Source: an uncultured Planctomycetia bacterium (GTDB lineage Bacteria > 4484-113 > JAGGVC01). From it: a stretch of DNA of 64,000 nucleotides. The DNA is taken from positions 80,127-144,126 of the forward strand of contig CAYMAI010000004.1 in the NCBI GenBank assembly GCA_964388445.1, in the 5' to 3' direction. Below, one piece after another: positions 47,866-57,514 of the stretch. Numbering within the stretch: the first letter of the stretch is position 1; each line of letters opens with the position of its first letter. Under the pieces are notes generated by a model, which was not told the DNA's origin, searched no databases, and saw only the letters and a list, made by a program, of their open reading frames with translations. Position numbers and translations under genes: made by a program.

Positions 47866-50262
47866 ATGAACGTGAGGAGAGGGCTTTGGCTCATTCTTGT
47901 CCCCCTCGTCATCGTCGCGTTCGCCTGTAGCAACGGCTCGATGCAATCGCCCAGCGTCAGCGGCGATCCGCCGTCCGGATTCAAACTGGACGGGGTTCGC
48001 GGCGCCGCCGCGCTTCCGCTCAGCCTTGCAGTCAGCGAAACGGCGCCGGGCTTCGAGGTAAGCGTCGAACTTGCATCCCCGGTCGCGACGGACGACGTGT
48101 ATTTCAAAATTTGTTACGACGCGAGCAAGGTGAATCCCGCCGGCGTAGAATTTCATGGCGCGCTCGGCGAAAGCATAGACCTTGCGATAACCACGATACC
48201 GGGCGAAGTCGCCGCCGGCACGAGCCGGATTCGCGAAATAGGCGATTCCCCGGCAATGATTTCGGGTCTTATCGCTACGCTGAAGTTCGAGAACCGTCCC
48301 TGCACTATCGAACGTTCGGCGAGCGGTTTAGCCCCGATAAATCAGGAAAACAAAGTTGACGACCTGACCGCGCTCGTGGCCGGCGGCCAAGCGACGCTGA
48401 CGTGGACCGAGAAAAACCTCGGAGATTACGACAACAGCGGCGAAGTCGGCATCCCGGACATCACGCCTATCGCGCTGAACTATCTGCGCACAGCCGGTAC
48501 GATTCTGGAGCTGGTTGACGGCGACAAGAGCGGCGAAATCGGCATTTCGGACATCACGCCAATCGCGCTGAATTACGGCAACTACGTGGAAGGTTATCGC
48601 GTGAACACGCGGCGCGGCGGCTCGTGGACGAAAATCGATTGCGAAGCCAATCCCGCATCGCCTTACACGGTTACCCGACCGGCCAATCCGCCGTCGGACA
48701 GGCGCTGTACATACGAGTTTATGTATACGCTGGGCGCGGAAGACGAAGAAAACTTCACGGTTCAGCCAACCGGCCCGGACGGCAGCGCGGGAATCATTTC
48801 GAACACGACCGGCGGTGGCGGGCTTGACATTCCGCCGCCTCCGAGAATCGAAGACCTTACGGCGCGCGGCGGCCCCGACCTCGGGGACGGCGTAATCGAG
48901 CTTACATGGACCGCGCCGGACGACCCGTATCTGGACAGATACAACGTCTGGTGGGAAAAAGGCGGCGACGGCACGAACCTCGTTCCTTACAATCCGAACC
49001 TCACGCCGACCGCGACGAGCCTGCTCGTAACCGGCTGCGAACCCGGAGCGACCTATCATTTCCGGATTTGGGGCACGAACTTCAACGAGTACGGCCAGCG
49101 TCAGGACGCTCCGGCGAGCAACCTTGCATCCGCAATGGCGTTTTCGCCCGCGGGAATCCCGGTGATAAGCGACCTTTCGATTCTTAGCGACGCTTCGACC
49201 GGCAACGGCAACATCAAGCTGATGTGGACGATTCCGAGCGACCCGTACCTGCACCATTTCGAAATTTTGTGGCAGCAGGGCGGAGACGGCGGCAGCCTGA
49301 CCACGCTCGACAACAACGTTTCGCCGACCGCGAACGAGTATATGGTCACGGGATGCGCGCAGGGGCCGAGATTTTTCTTCAAAATCAAGTGCGCCTACGA
49401 CGGATTCCTGGGCCAAGCGTCGAACATGGTTTCGAGCACGGCATATCCCACCCCGAACATCCCGCCGCTTTCGATAACGTCCGTCACGCGCAACCGCACG
49501 ACGTTTATGCCGGGCGACGCGATTAACCTCAGCGTTAACACGAACCTCGACGCGGAATACGCAAGCGACCTTCGCTATGAATGGACGGTCGCGAGCGGCC
49601 CGGGCAACATCACTGGCGGCGCCTCCGCGAAGAACGCCACCGGCGCGGTGACCGCGAAAGGCACGGTAACGTTCCAAGTTCGCGTGACCGTGAACGGAAC
49701 ACCGGGAGCGGACTACGACAAGACCGCGACAGTAATGGCGATTGGAACAACCTTAGCTCCTGCAATTCAGGTTGCCGGCGTAACGAATCCAAAATTCGTT
49801 TTTACCGGGTGGAATTACTTCGCCGGAAGAAACGAAAACATAGATGATTACTACACGCGAGAACATGTTGTAGGAATTTCGCTATGGGCTACTTGGTGAG
49901 GCGCGTGCGTCTCGGAGTTTCCGAGATTGCAAAACCTTTATGACAGATTGACTGCCGAAGGCGAAGATTACTACTACATAACTTTAGATTGCCAATACGG
50001 TTCTGACACGCAAGCGGTTCACGATGCTTTCCTCAATGTAAACGGTTATGACTACACTGCAGCCTTCTTTACCAATGAAAGCGGAGTTTCCGCGGCTTAC
50101 ATGGGAATCTGCGGCGATTTTGGTTTTTCACCGAACTACCTTCCAACAAATTTCATAATGGATCGCGACGGATGCATTCGCGCAGGGCAAAATACGGTTC
50201 CGGATCCGATTACCGCTTGGGAAAATAAGATTCGAGAGCTTTTGGGTGTTAATTTCGAATAA
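47866..50262 (+). CDS. candidate selenoprotein: cohesin/dockerin-like surface lipoprotein with C-terminal TlpA-type thioredoxin-fold domain (UxxC), UGA recoded at 49897-49899
   Basis: The ORF track splits this into 47833..49899 and 49927..50262, which are in the same frame. The in-frame TGA aligns with the first Cys of WCGPC in the paralog at 52803 (W-U-G-A-C versus W-C-G-P-C). Homology continues for about 110 aa after the TGA. A hairpin follows the TGA. Confidence 0.6.
49910..49926 (+). promoter_or_regulatory. candidate bacterial SECIS upper stem-loop (TCTCGGA-GTT-TCCGAGA)
   Basis: Perfect 7-bp stem with a GUU apical loop. 17 nt long, beginning 11 nt after the in-frame UGA. Confidence 0.4.
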
Positions 50263-50281
50263 ACAGCAATTTGAAAACAAG

Positions 50282-50310
50282 AGGCCGCGCCTTTCGGCGC
50301 GGCCTTTCTT
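50282..50310. terminator. bidirectional rho-independent terminator (GGCCGCGCC-TTTC-GGCGCGGCC + T-rich)
   Basis: GC-rich 10-bp stem. T-rich on both strands. Sits between convergent genes. Confidence 0.45.
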
Positions 50311-50315
50311 AAATT

Positions 50316-52454
50316 CTAAAACTGGCTATTGTGTGAATCCACAATCCATGAATACCAGCTTCCTTTTTGGCGTGGAACAATTCCGTACTTATTTGCTCTA
50401 ACTAGGTAATTGAGGCCGAATGACTCAAAGAGGTAATGGGAGCCGTATTTAGAATATGGGGAAACACTGAAGTTTGAACGATAATACAGAAATGCCATTG
50501 GCAAATCTTCGGGGTCCTTTGCGGGAATCGCCCAATAAGACTCCCAATGAAGTCGTCCCGCACCACGACCTGTACCGTCAAAAGAAGATATATCCAGCAA
50601 TTTGATTTGGCTTAAAGCAGAAGCTATGCGAGCAGTTTCCCTGTTTTCCGTCAGATAAAGCACTACCCCAGAGTCCTCACATTCGACATACCAACGCTCG
50701 TAGCCCATCCCAACCGGTGCTTGCCAATCATGCCGGTGGTTTACAACCTTCGAGCGCATTTCCATCAAATTCGTGCGCGTGTTCAAAATCCAGTAATTTA
50801 TGTCGAACAATGCAAAATCTGCTGTCTCCATTGTGCTAACGTACTTGTTTCGAGAAGATAATGTTGGATGAAGAAACTGCACCTCATATTCCAAGACAGG
50901 CGGCAACGGGGGATAGAAAACGGGCGAGTTTTCGACGACATCTAGTTCAAGCGGTTCCCCTATTTCCGGATTCCAAGCCCACACTACCGCCCCGGGATCA
51001 TCTCCATCTAATTGTTTCCATCTAAAAGCAAAGAAAACTCGACTTACCTTCCTGTCCGTAGGCTTAATGTTGTATCCCGGGTAATATGGGCCTTCTCCAA
51101 CAAAATAAGTGTTTTCAATCCAAGTGATTCCTAGGTTGGTTTCCCAGACATTGTCATCTCGCTCAATGAGCAAATCTGCTGTGCGCTCAAATTCGCAGTA
51201 CAGGCCTGTCCATTGTTCGTGTTCGTTGTTGACGGCGACAATTTCTGGACTGTCCCAGCTTCCGTTGGATTGCTGTAACACAACGCGCAGTGAATCAAGC
51301 CTATCATCTTGATTTATCGCGTCTCGTTCAATCCAGTGGAATGCAACCCCTCGCATATAATCACCCTCATCCGAAAAGTGCTCTACGTCTATACCATCCC
51401 CTATGATAGCGGGCAAGTAAAATGTATTGCTTGTCACGGGCCAAAATCTAGAATTTGTGGGGCTGTATGCTGAATCTCCCCACGTCTCCAAATACACTTC
51501 GCCTGTTTGGTCGTCCCAAGCAACTTCATATTGCCCACAAAAAATCCTTGGACCGCTTGCCATTTGGTAATTGTTTACCGAAGTCGCAAGACTGAATCTT
51601 GTGGTTTCTCCATCATAATCAGGTGTCAGTCCAATTTCAGGAGAAATGTTTAAAAGATATGTTTGCTCGGACGGCCAATCAGCTGCGCTTGCGGCCAATA
51701 CGCCAAAAACCTTAAACTCATAGTTTTCAACCTCAGGGTCTGGATTGAAATGCCCAATAGCAACACACAACACTGGATTAACGGGTCCATATTGAGGAAC
51801 CACCTGATTAAAGGCCTGTGCGCCGTAAAATGAAATGACAACTATCGGCCGCGTGTTTACGAATGGCTCCTCATTAATTTCATACTCATCATAAGTGGGT
51901 GCAACATAGGTAATTGCGATTGGGCCATGCGCACGGTATTCGTGAGCGGTTTCGGGGTAATGCCAACCCCCTGCAGAGCTTTTGTAGCTCAATGGTACAA
52001 AGTTGCCTTCAACCACCGCAGTCGATTTAGACCAAGTCATTTCATCAGGAAGCCATTCTTGAAAGAGAATTTTTGGCGTTTCAGGATACTCCCTGTAGTC
52101 AGCACCTTGTTCATCAACATCAAACGGTCCATCTTCCCAGAGAACCGCACTTCCGACCCTATTATCGCCTATTTCCTCATCATAATAGTGGTCTGCGACT
52201 GACATTACGATTTGAGCGTTGTCAATATCATCAATTTCGTGCTCGCTCAAATACTCACTTACGTAACCCGGCTCTGGCCAAACCTGGCCCGGCCAAGTGT
52301 TGTTAGGAATGATGTGCTGAGACTCCGAATCCTCAGACGCTCCCACAACTGGCACTTTCCCCACATCAACGGAACCCTTTTTCTTGCCGGAGCAAGAAAC
52401 GACAACTACAAAAAGCGCAAGTGCGCAAACGAAGAACAACAAAATTCTACCCAT
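50316..52454 (-). CDS. hypothetical surface lipoprotein encoded in AT-rich insertion
   Basis: GGAGGG RBS. Lipobox (VVSC). 712 aa. GC is about 45%, against about 62% in the flanks. No recognizable domain. Confidence 0.55.
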   Translation of the reverse strand: MGRILLFFVCALALFVVVVSCSGKKKGSVDVGKVPVVGASEDSESQHIIPNNTWPGQVWPEPGYVSEYLSEHEIDDIDNAQIVMSVADHYYDEEIGDNRVGSAVLWEDGPFDVDEQGADYREYPETPKILFQEWLPDEMTWSKSTAVVEGNFVPLSYKSSAGGWHYPETAHEYRAHGPIAITYVAPTYDEYEINEEPFVNTRPIVVISFYGAQAFNQVVPQYGPVNPVLCVAIGHFNPDPEVENYEFKVFGVLAASAADWPSEQTYLLNISPEIGLTPDYDGETTRFSLATSVNNYQMASGPRIFCGQYEVAWDDQTGEVYLETWGDSAYSPTNSRFWPVTSNTFYLPAIIGDGIDVEHFSDEGDYMRGVAFHWIERDAINQDDRLDSLRVVLQQSNGSWDSPEIVAVNNEHEQWTGLYCEFERTADLLIERDDNVWETNLGITWIENTYFVGEGPYYPGYNIKPTDRKVSRVFFAFRWKQLDGDDPGAVVWAWNPEIGEPLELDVVENSPVFYPPLPPVLEYEVQFLHPTLSSRNKYVSTMETADFALFDINYWILNTRTNLMEMRSKVVNHRHDWQAPVGMGYERWYVECEDSGVVLYLTENRETARIASALSQIKLLDISSFDGTGRGAGRLHWESYWAIPAKDPEDLPMAFLYYRSNFSVSPYSKYGSHYLFESFGLNYLVRANKYGIVPRQKGSWYSWIVDSHNSQF

Positions 52455-52517
52455 AACAACCCTCCGAACTTTTAGTAAAATGCGCCAAGGATTTTCAATG
52501 GCACACAGCGATTTTAC

Positions 52518-52532
52518 AAAAAAAAAAAAAAA
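52518..52532. repeat. homopolymeric A15/T15 tract in the promoter region of the 50316..52454 lipoprotein gene
   Basis: 15 consecutive A on the plus strand, about 65-80 nt upstream of the minus-strand ATG. Confidence 0.6.
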
Positions 52533-52802
52533 GGAAAATTCAAGCTTCCACACCTTGTTATAGAAATAACAAGCTTTCCGTGCTATGAATTCCAAACAAC
52601 AAAACACTTTGAAACAGCCATCCTGGCACCTTGCGCTTTACAAGTCGCCGTAACATTTGTTAAATATTGTAAAATCCGCCCGAAAAGCCTCTTTTTGCTT
52701 GCGTAACTATTCACATAATATCCTATCGATGTGATATAATATCGGCGCCGGGCAGGCCGCGCCGTTGCGCAGTCAATCCCAATTCATCCCGGCATTGGGG
52801 AG

Positions 52803-55205
52803 TTGATGAACGTGAAGAGAGGATTATTCGGATTTATTCTGCTTCTACTAATCTTCGCCGCAATCGCTTGCGGCAAGAACTCGGCGCCCACGCACGCTCC
52901 GCAGGCTGAAAAATCGTCCGGTTTCGAGCTGGACGGCGTGCGCGGAACGGCCTCGCTTCCGCTAAGCCTTGCGGTCGGCGACACCGCGCCGGGATATGAA
53001 ATAAGCGTCGAGCTTGCGGCTGAAACCGAGGCGAACGACGTTTTCTTCAAGGTCAAGTACGACCCGGCGGCGGTCAGCCCCGCGGGCGTGGATTTCCACG
53101 GCGCGCTGGGCGAAAGCATTGACCTTGCGATTACCTCGGTGCCCGGCGAAGTGGCGGTAGGCACAAGCCGCATTCGCGAAGCGGGCGACGGGCCGGTAAG
53201 GATTTCGGGCGTCATCGCGACCTTGAGGTTCGAAAACGGCGCGTTCGGCGTGGAGCGCCGGGTCAGCGGGCTTGCGCCGGTGAACTCCGACAACAAAGTG
53301 ACCGACCTTATCGCGACCACGGTTGGCGATCAGGTTACGCTTAATTGGACGGAGAAAAACCTCGGCGATTACGACAACAGCGGCGAGGTCGGCATTCCGG
53401 ACATCACGCCTATCGCGCTTAACTATCTCAAGACTACCGGCACGGTTCTCGAACTCGTGGACGGCGACAAGAGCGGCGAAATCGGCATATCCGATATAAC
53501 GCCCATCGCTCTGAATTACGGAAACGCGATTGCGGGCTACCGCATCAACAGCCGGCGCGACGGAAGCTGGGTCAAAATCGACAGTCCGTCGAACCCCGGC
53601 TCGGCGTACACCGTAAGCCGTCCGTCCGCGCCTCCGCAGGACAGCCTTGTTCGCTACGAGTTCGTTTACACGCTCGAAGCGGGCGACGAGGAGAACTTCC
53701 AGACGCAGCCGGTCGGCCCGGACAACAGCACGGGCATCGTATCGAACGCGACGGCGGGCGGCGGAATTTCGATTCCCGCGCCTCCGAGGATTGAAGACCT
53801 TACGGCTCGCGGCGGCCCCGATTTGGGCGACGGCGTAATCGAGCTTTCTTGGACGACGCCGGACGACCCGCACCTAGACCGCCAGAACGTATGGTGGGAG
53901 AAGGGCGGCGACGGCTCGAACCTCATTCCTTACAATCAGAACGTACCGCCTACCGCGAACAGCCTGCTCATTTCGGGCTGCGAGCCGGGCGAGACCTATC
54001 ACTTCCGGGTGTGGGGCACGAACTTCAACGAATACGGCCAGCGTCAGGACGCGCCGGCAAGCAACCTTGCATCGGCTTTGGCGTTCTCGCCGGCGGGCAT
54101 TCCCGTAATTAACGACCTGTCCGTACTTAGCGACGTCACGACCGGCAACGGAAACATCAAGCTTATGTGGACGGTTCCTAGCGACCCGTATCTGCACCAC
54201 TTCGAAATCCTCTGGCAGGAAGGCGGCGACGGCAGCAATATGACGGTGCTCGACGGAAACGTTTCGCCGACCGCTAGCGAATTCATGGTGACCGGATGCT
54301 CGGAAGGACCGAGGTATTTCTTCAAGATTAAGGCGGCTTACGACGGATTCGTGGGACAGCCCTCGAACATGGTTTCGAGCACGGCGTTCCCGACACCGAA
54401 CATTCCGCCGCTTTCGATTACTTCGGTGACGCGCAACCGCACGACGTTTTCGCCCGGCGACGCGATTAACCTTGGAGTGGCTACCAATCTCGATGCGGAG
54501 TTCGCAAGCGACCTCGTGTACGAATGGACCGTGGCGAGCGGACCCGGAAACATCACGGGCGGCGCGTCCAGCAAAAACGCGACCGCGGGCGTGACCGCGA
54601 AAGGCACCGTGACGTTCCAAGTTCGCGTGACCGTGAACGGCGCGCCGGGCGCGGAATATGACAAGACCGCGACAGTGAAAGTCATCGGCACGACGCTCGG
54701 CCCGGCGATTAAAGTCATCGACACGACAAGCCCGGCGTTTCTTTTTAACGGCTGGAACTTCTTCGCGCAGGCGAACGAAGACGTCAACGACTACTACAAT
54801 CAGCAGCATGTCGTAATGCTCAATATGTGGGCGACTTGGTGCGGCCCGTGCCTTGCCGAGTTCCCGCGTATTTACGATATGAACCAAAGGCTGACGGCGG
54901 AAGGCGAAGACTTCTTCCTCGTGACGCTCGACTTCCAGTTCGGCTCGGACACTAAGGTGGCGCATGACAACTGGCTGACGAACAGCGGTTATCAGTATGC
55001 GGCGGCGTTCTTCGAGAACAACAGTGCGGCGGCGAACGCGTATATGGGAATGTGCAGCAGCTACGGCTTCTCGCCTGGCTACATTCCGACCAACTTCCTT
55101 ATGGACCGCGACGGTTACGTAAGGGCCGGTCAGAACGCAGTTCCCGACCCGATTACAGGTTGGGAAAACAAGGTTCGCGAACTTCTGGGAGACGACTTCG
55201 AGTAA
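52803..55205 (+). CDS. cohesin/dockerin-like surface lipoprotein with C-terminal TlpA-like thioredoxin domain (WCGPC), Cys paralog of the 47866 gene
   Basis: Lipobox (IAAC). Twin dockerin-like segments DYDNSGEVGIPDITPIALNYL and DGDKSGEIGISDITPIALNYG. C-terminal WATWCGPC thioredoxin active site. Confidence 0.75.
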   Translation: MMNVKRGLFGFILLLLIFAAIACGKNSAPTHAPQAEKSSGFELDGVRGTASLPLSLAVGDTAPGYEISVELAAETEANDVFFKVKYDPAAVSPAGVDFHGALGESIDLAITSVPGEVAVGTSRIREAGDGPVRISGVIATLRFENGAFGVERRVSGLAPVNSDNKVTDLIATTVGDQVTLNWTEKNLGDYDNSGEVGIPDITPIALNYLKTTGTVLELVDGDKSGEIGISDITPIALNYGNAIAGYRINSRRDGSWVKIDSPSNPGSAYTVSRPSAPPQDSLVRYEFVYTLEAGDEENFQTQPVGPDNSTGIVSNATAGGGISIPAPPRIEDLTARGGPDLGDGVIELSWTTPDDPHLDRQNVWWEKGGDGSNLIPYNQNVPPTANSLLISGCEPGETYHFRVWGTNFNEYGQRQDAPASNLASALAFSPAGIPVINDLSVLSDVTTGNGNIKLMWTVPSDPYLHHFEILWQEGGDGSNMTVLDGNVSPTASEFMVTGCSEGPRYFFKIKAAYDGFVGQPSNMVSSTAFPTPNIPPLSITSVTRNRTTFSPGDAINLGVATNLDAEFASDLVYEWTVASGPGNITGGASSKNATAGVTAKGTVTFQVRVTVNGAPGAEYDKTATVKVIGTTLGPAIKVIDTTSPAFLFNGWNFFAQANEDVNDYYNQQHVVMLNMWATWCGPCLAEFPRIYDMNQRLTAEGEDFFLVTLDFQFGSDTKVAHDNWLTNSGYQYAAAFFENNSAAANAYMGMCSSYGFSPGYIPTNFLMDRDGYVRAGQNAVPDPITGWENKVRELLGDDFE

Positions 55206-55253
55206 ACCGGCGAAATCGATTTTTCGATATAACCGATGAAATGTGAAAAATTT

Positions 55254-55280
55254 GCCCCGCTCCGGCGGGGCATTTTTTTT
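55254..55280. terminator. rho-independent terminator GCCCCGC-TCCG-GCGGGGC followed by T8
   Basis: Canonical GC stem plus U-tract after the 52803 gene. Also serves the convergent gene. Confidence 0.55.
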
Positions 55281-55365
55281 GCAATTGAAGTAGGCAGCGG
55301 GTTTATCCCGTTCCGTTATCGAATTAGGAATGGGGGCTTATCCCATCAATACATCGCGATGGTAA

Positions 55366-57027
55366 TTACAGGTGGTCCGCGACTCGCTCGATAACCGTTG
55401 CGAGATAGGTATCCGAATAAATATTGCCGATTTTATCGCTCCAATCGGCGAATGCCGCGCCCGTGCCGGCGCCGAACCGCGGGGGCGAAACGTTTCCGTT
55501 TTCGCAAATTCCAAAGACCGCTCGTATGCCCTGCACCGCGCAGATAACTTCGATGGCGATTACGTTTTTCAGATTAGCGGTTATTCGCCGAAGCTGGCGC
55601 GTAGAAATCGAGCCCATGCTCACGTGGTCTTCCTGTCCCGCGCTCGTCGGGATGCTGTCCACGCTGCCGGGGTGCGCCAGCGTTTTGTTTTCGCTGACGA
55701 GCGCGGCGGCGGTGTATTGCAGAATCATCAGCCCGGTGTCCGCCGGCGTTTGCGCGAGGTCGGCGGGAAGCCCGTAGTTGTGAGCCGGGTCGAGAAGCGC
55801 GGCGATGCGGCGCTCGGCGAGCGAGGCGATTTCGGCGGCGGCGATTTTAAGATAGTCCGCCACGACCGCAAGCGGCTGGCCGTGGAAGTTAGCGCCGGAC
55901 AAAACTTCGATGCGTCCGCCCTCGTCCTCGCTTTCGAAAAATAGCGGATTGTCCGTGGCGCTTTCCATTTCGCGGGTGAAGACGGCGCGGGCGTGCTCCA
56001 TCGCGTCGTGGCATGCGCCGAGAACCTGCGGAATTGCGCGGAAGCTGTATGCGTCCTGAAGCCGGGGGATTTTCGGGTCGAGCTTGCGTGCCGGGCGGTC
56101 GGGGTATAGGCGCATCGCGGCTGAAGCGAATTCCTTGCGAAACTTCGGCGTGCAAAAGCCGGAGCCCGCAAGCATTTCGCGCATCAAGCGCGCGGTCTTT
56201 AGCGCGCCCGGATGCGCGCGCGCGGCGGCAATTCGCTCGTCGAAAGCGCGAGCCTCGGCGCGCAGCCCCTCGCACGACATCGCCGCGGCCTCGATTGCGC
56301 GCTCGAAAAGCGCTTCCATTTTCAATAGCGAAACGAGCCCTTCGGCGAGAATAAGCGTCGCGCCGTTCGAGAGCGCCAATGCTTCTTTTGCCGCAAGCTC
56401 GAACGATTCGCGCTCGCCCGCGAGATTCCACGCCTTGCCCGCATCCATAATTTCGCCGCCGAAAATTACTTGCGGCTGCTTTTCGAGCGGCATCAGCGAG
56501 CCGCCCGAATCACGGTGGAAAAGCACGCCCATCGCGCAAGCCGCGAGATGGGAAAGCGGAGCGAGATCGCCGGACGCGCCGACGCTGCCTTGCGCGGGAA
56601 TGACGGGAGTGATGCCGGCGTTCAGCATCGCCGCAAGCCGCATCGCAAGCTCCGGGCGGACGCCGGAGTGGTTTTTGGTGAACGACAAAAGCCGCAGATA
56701 GACCATTCCGCGTGCGACGTCCATGGGCAACGGCTCGCCGACGCCGGTGCAGTGCGCGGCGATGAAAATGCGCTGGAATTCCAGAATGTCCGCCATGTTC
56801 TCGACGGTTTCGCCCTTCTTGCTGCCGACGCCGGTGTTCACGCCGTATATCGGCTCGCCGACGGCGATGAGCGCGTCCAGTTTTTCGCGGACGGCGGCGA
56901 GCGACGCGAGTAGCGAGGCGGATAGCTCGACGCGCATGCCTTCATAGACGACGCGGCGAAAATCGCCGGGCGTCATTCCGGACGCGCCGTCGAGGACAAG
57001 AACGGCATATTCGGAATCGGGATTCAT
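55366..57027 (-). CDS. aromatic amino acid ammonia-lyase (HAL/PAL/TAL family, MIO cofactor)
   Basis: GSVGASGDLAPLSHLA contains the Ala-Ser-Gly MIO-forming triad. 553 aa. Confidence 0.8.
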   Translation of the reverse strand: MNPDSEYAVLVLDGASGMTPGDFRRVVYEGMRVELSASLLASLAAVREKLDALIAVGEPIYGVNTGVGSKKGETVENMADILEFQRIFIAAHCTGVGEPLPMDVARGMVYLRLLSFTKNHSGVRPELAMRLAAMLNAGITPVIPAQGSVGASGDLAPLSHLAACAMGVLFHRDSGGSLMPLEKQPQVIFGGEIMDAGKAWNLAGERESFELAAKEALALSNGATLILAEGLVSLLKMEALFERAIEAAAMSCEGLRAEARAFDERIAAARAHPGALKTARLMREMLAGSGFCTPKFRKEFASAAMRLYPDRPARKLDPKIPRLQDAYSFRAIPQVLGACHDAMEHARAVFTREMESATDNPLFFESEDEGGRIEVLSGANFHGQPLAVVADYLKIAAAEIASLAERRIAALLDPAHNYGLPADLAQTPADTGLMILQYTAAALVSENKTLAHPGSVDSIPTSAGQEDHVSMGSISTRQLRRITANLKNVIAIEVICAVQGIRAVFGICENGNVSPPRFGAGTGAAFADWSDKIGNIYSDTYLATVIERVADHL

Positions 57028-57131
57028 CGGCGTAATAATAGCAGTTTGGAAAACGCATTAAAATCGCGCCGCAAAGAAAGGGCTTTTCTTTTTTTAAACC
57101 AATAGCGGATGCCAATCCAGTCCGAACTCTG

Positions 57132-57512
57132 TTATGAACGGATTTCGTTTAGCTGCGCGATGGCGATTCTGTTTCCGTACGGGTCGAGGACTTCGCACAG
57201 CCAAAGCCCGCCGGATTCGATTACCTGCGAAACGAAGCGCGCGCCGTGGCGGTGGAGGTGGAAAACCGCCGAGTCCACGTCTTCGACGAGCAGCGTCAAC
57301 CTGAATGAGTTTGCCGGCGCGATTTCGGTTTTTAACAACGGGGGCGCGCCTTTTTCGTCAAGCGTAAGCGCGAGGCGCGAGTCGGGAATGTAAAACACGA
57401 TGCGCCCGGCGGATTCGGAAATCACCGGCAGTTGCAGCGCGCCGCCATAAAACTCGCGGCCGGGCGAAAGGTCGGTTACGAAAAATTCGGCGGATTCGGT
57501 TGCGGTGAACAC
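57132..57512 (-). CDS. VOC (glyoxalase/bleomycin-resistance) family protein
   Basis: 126 aa with a beta-alpha-beta-beta-beta pattern (LCEVLDPYGNRIAI). Confidence 0.55.
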   Translation of the reverse strand: MFTATESAEFFVTDLSPGREFYGGALQLPVISESAGRIVFYIPDSRLALTLDEKGAPPLLKTEIAPANSFRLTLLVEDVDSAVFHLHRHGARFVSQVIESGGLWLCEVLDPYGNRIAIAQLNEIRS

Positions 57513-57514
57513 GG

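Noticed and set aside
49897-49899. Interpreting the TGA as a simple nonsense mutation (pseudogene)
   Set aside because: The downstream frame remains intact and homologous. The TGA sits exactly at the redox Cys position. A 17-nt hairpin lies at canonical SECIS distance. Pseudogene remains the fallback if the genome lacks Sec machinery.
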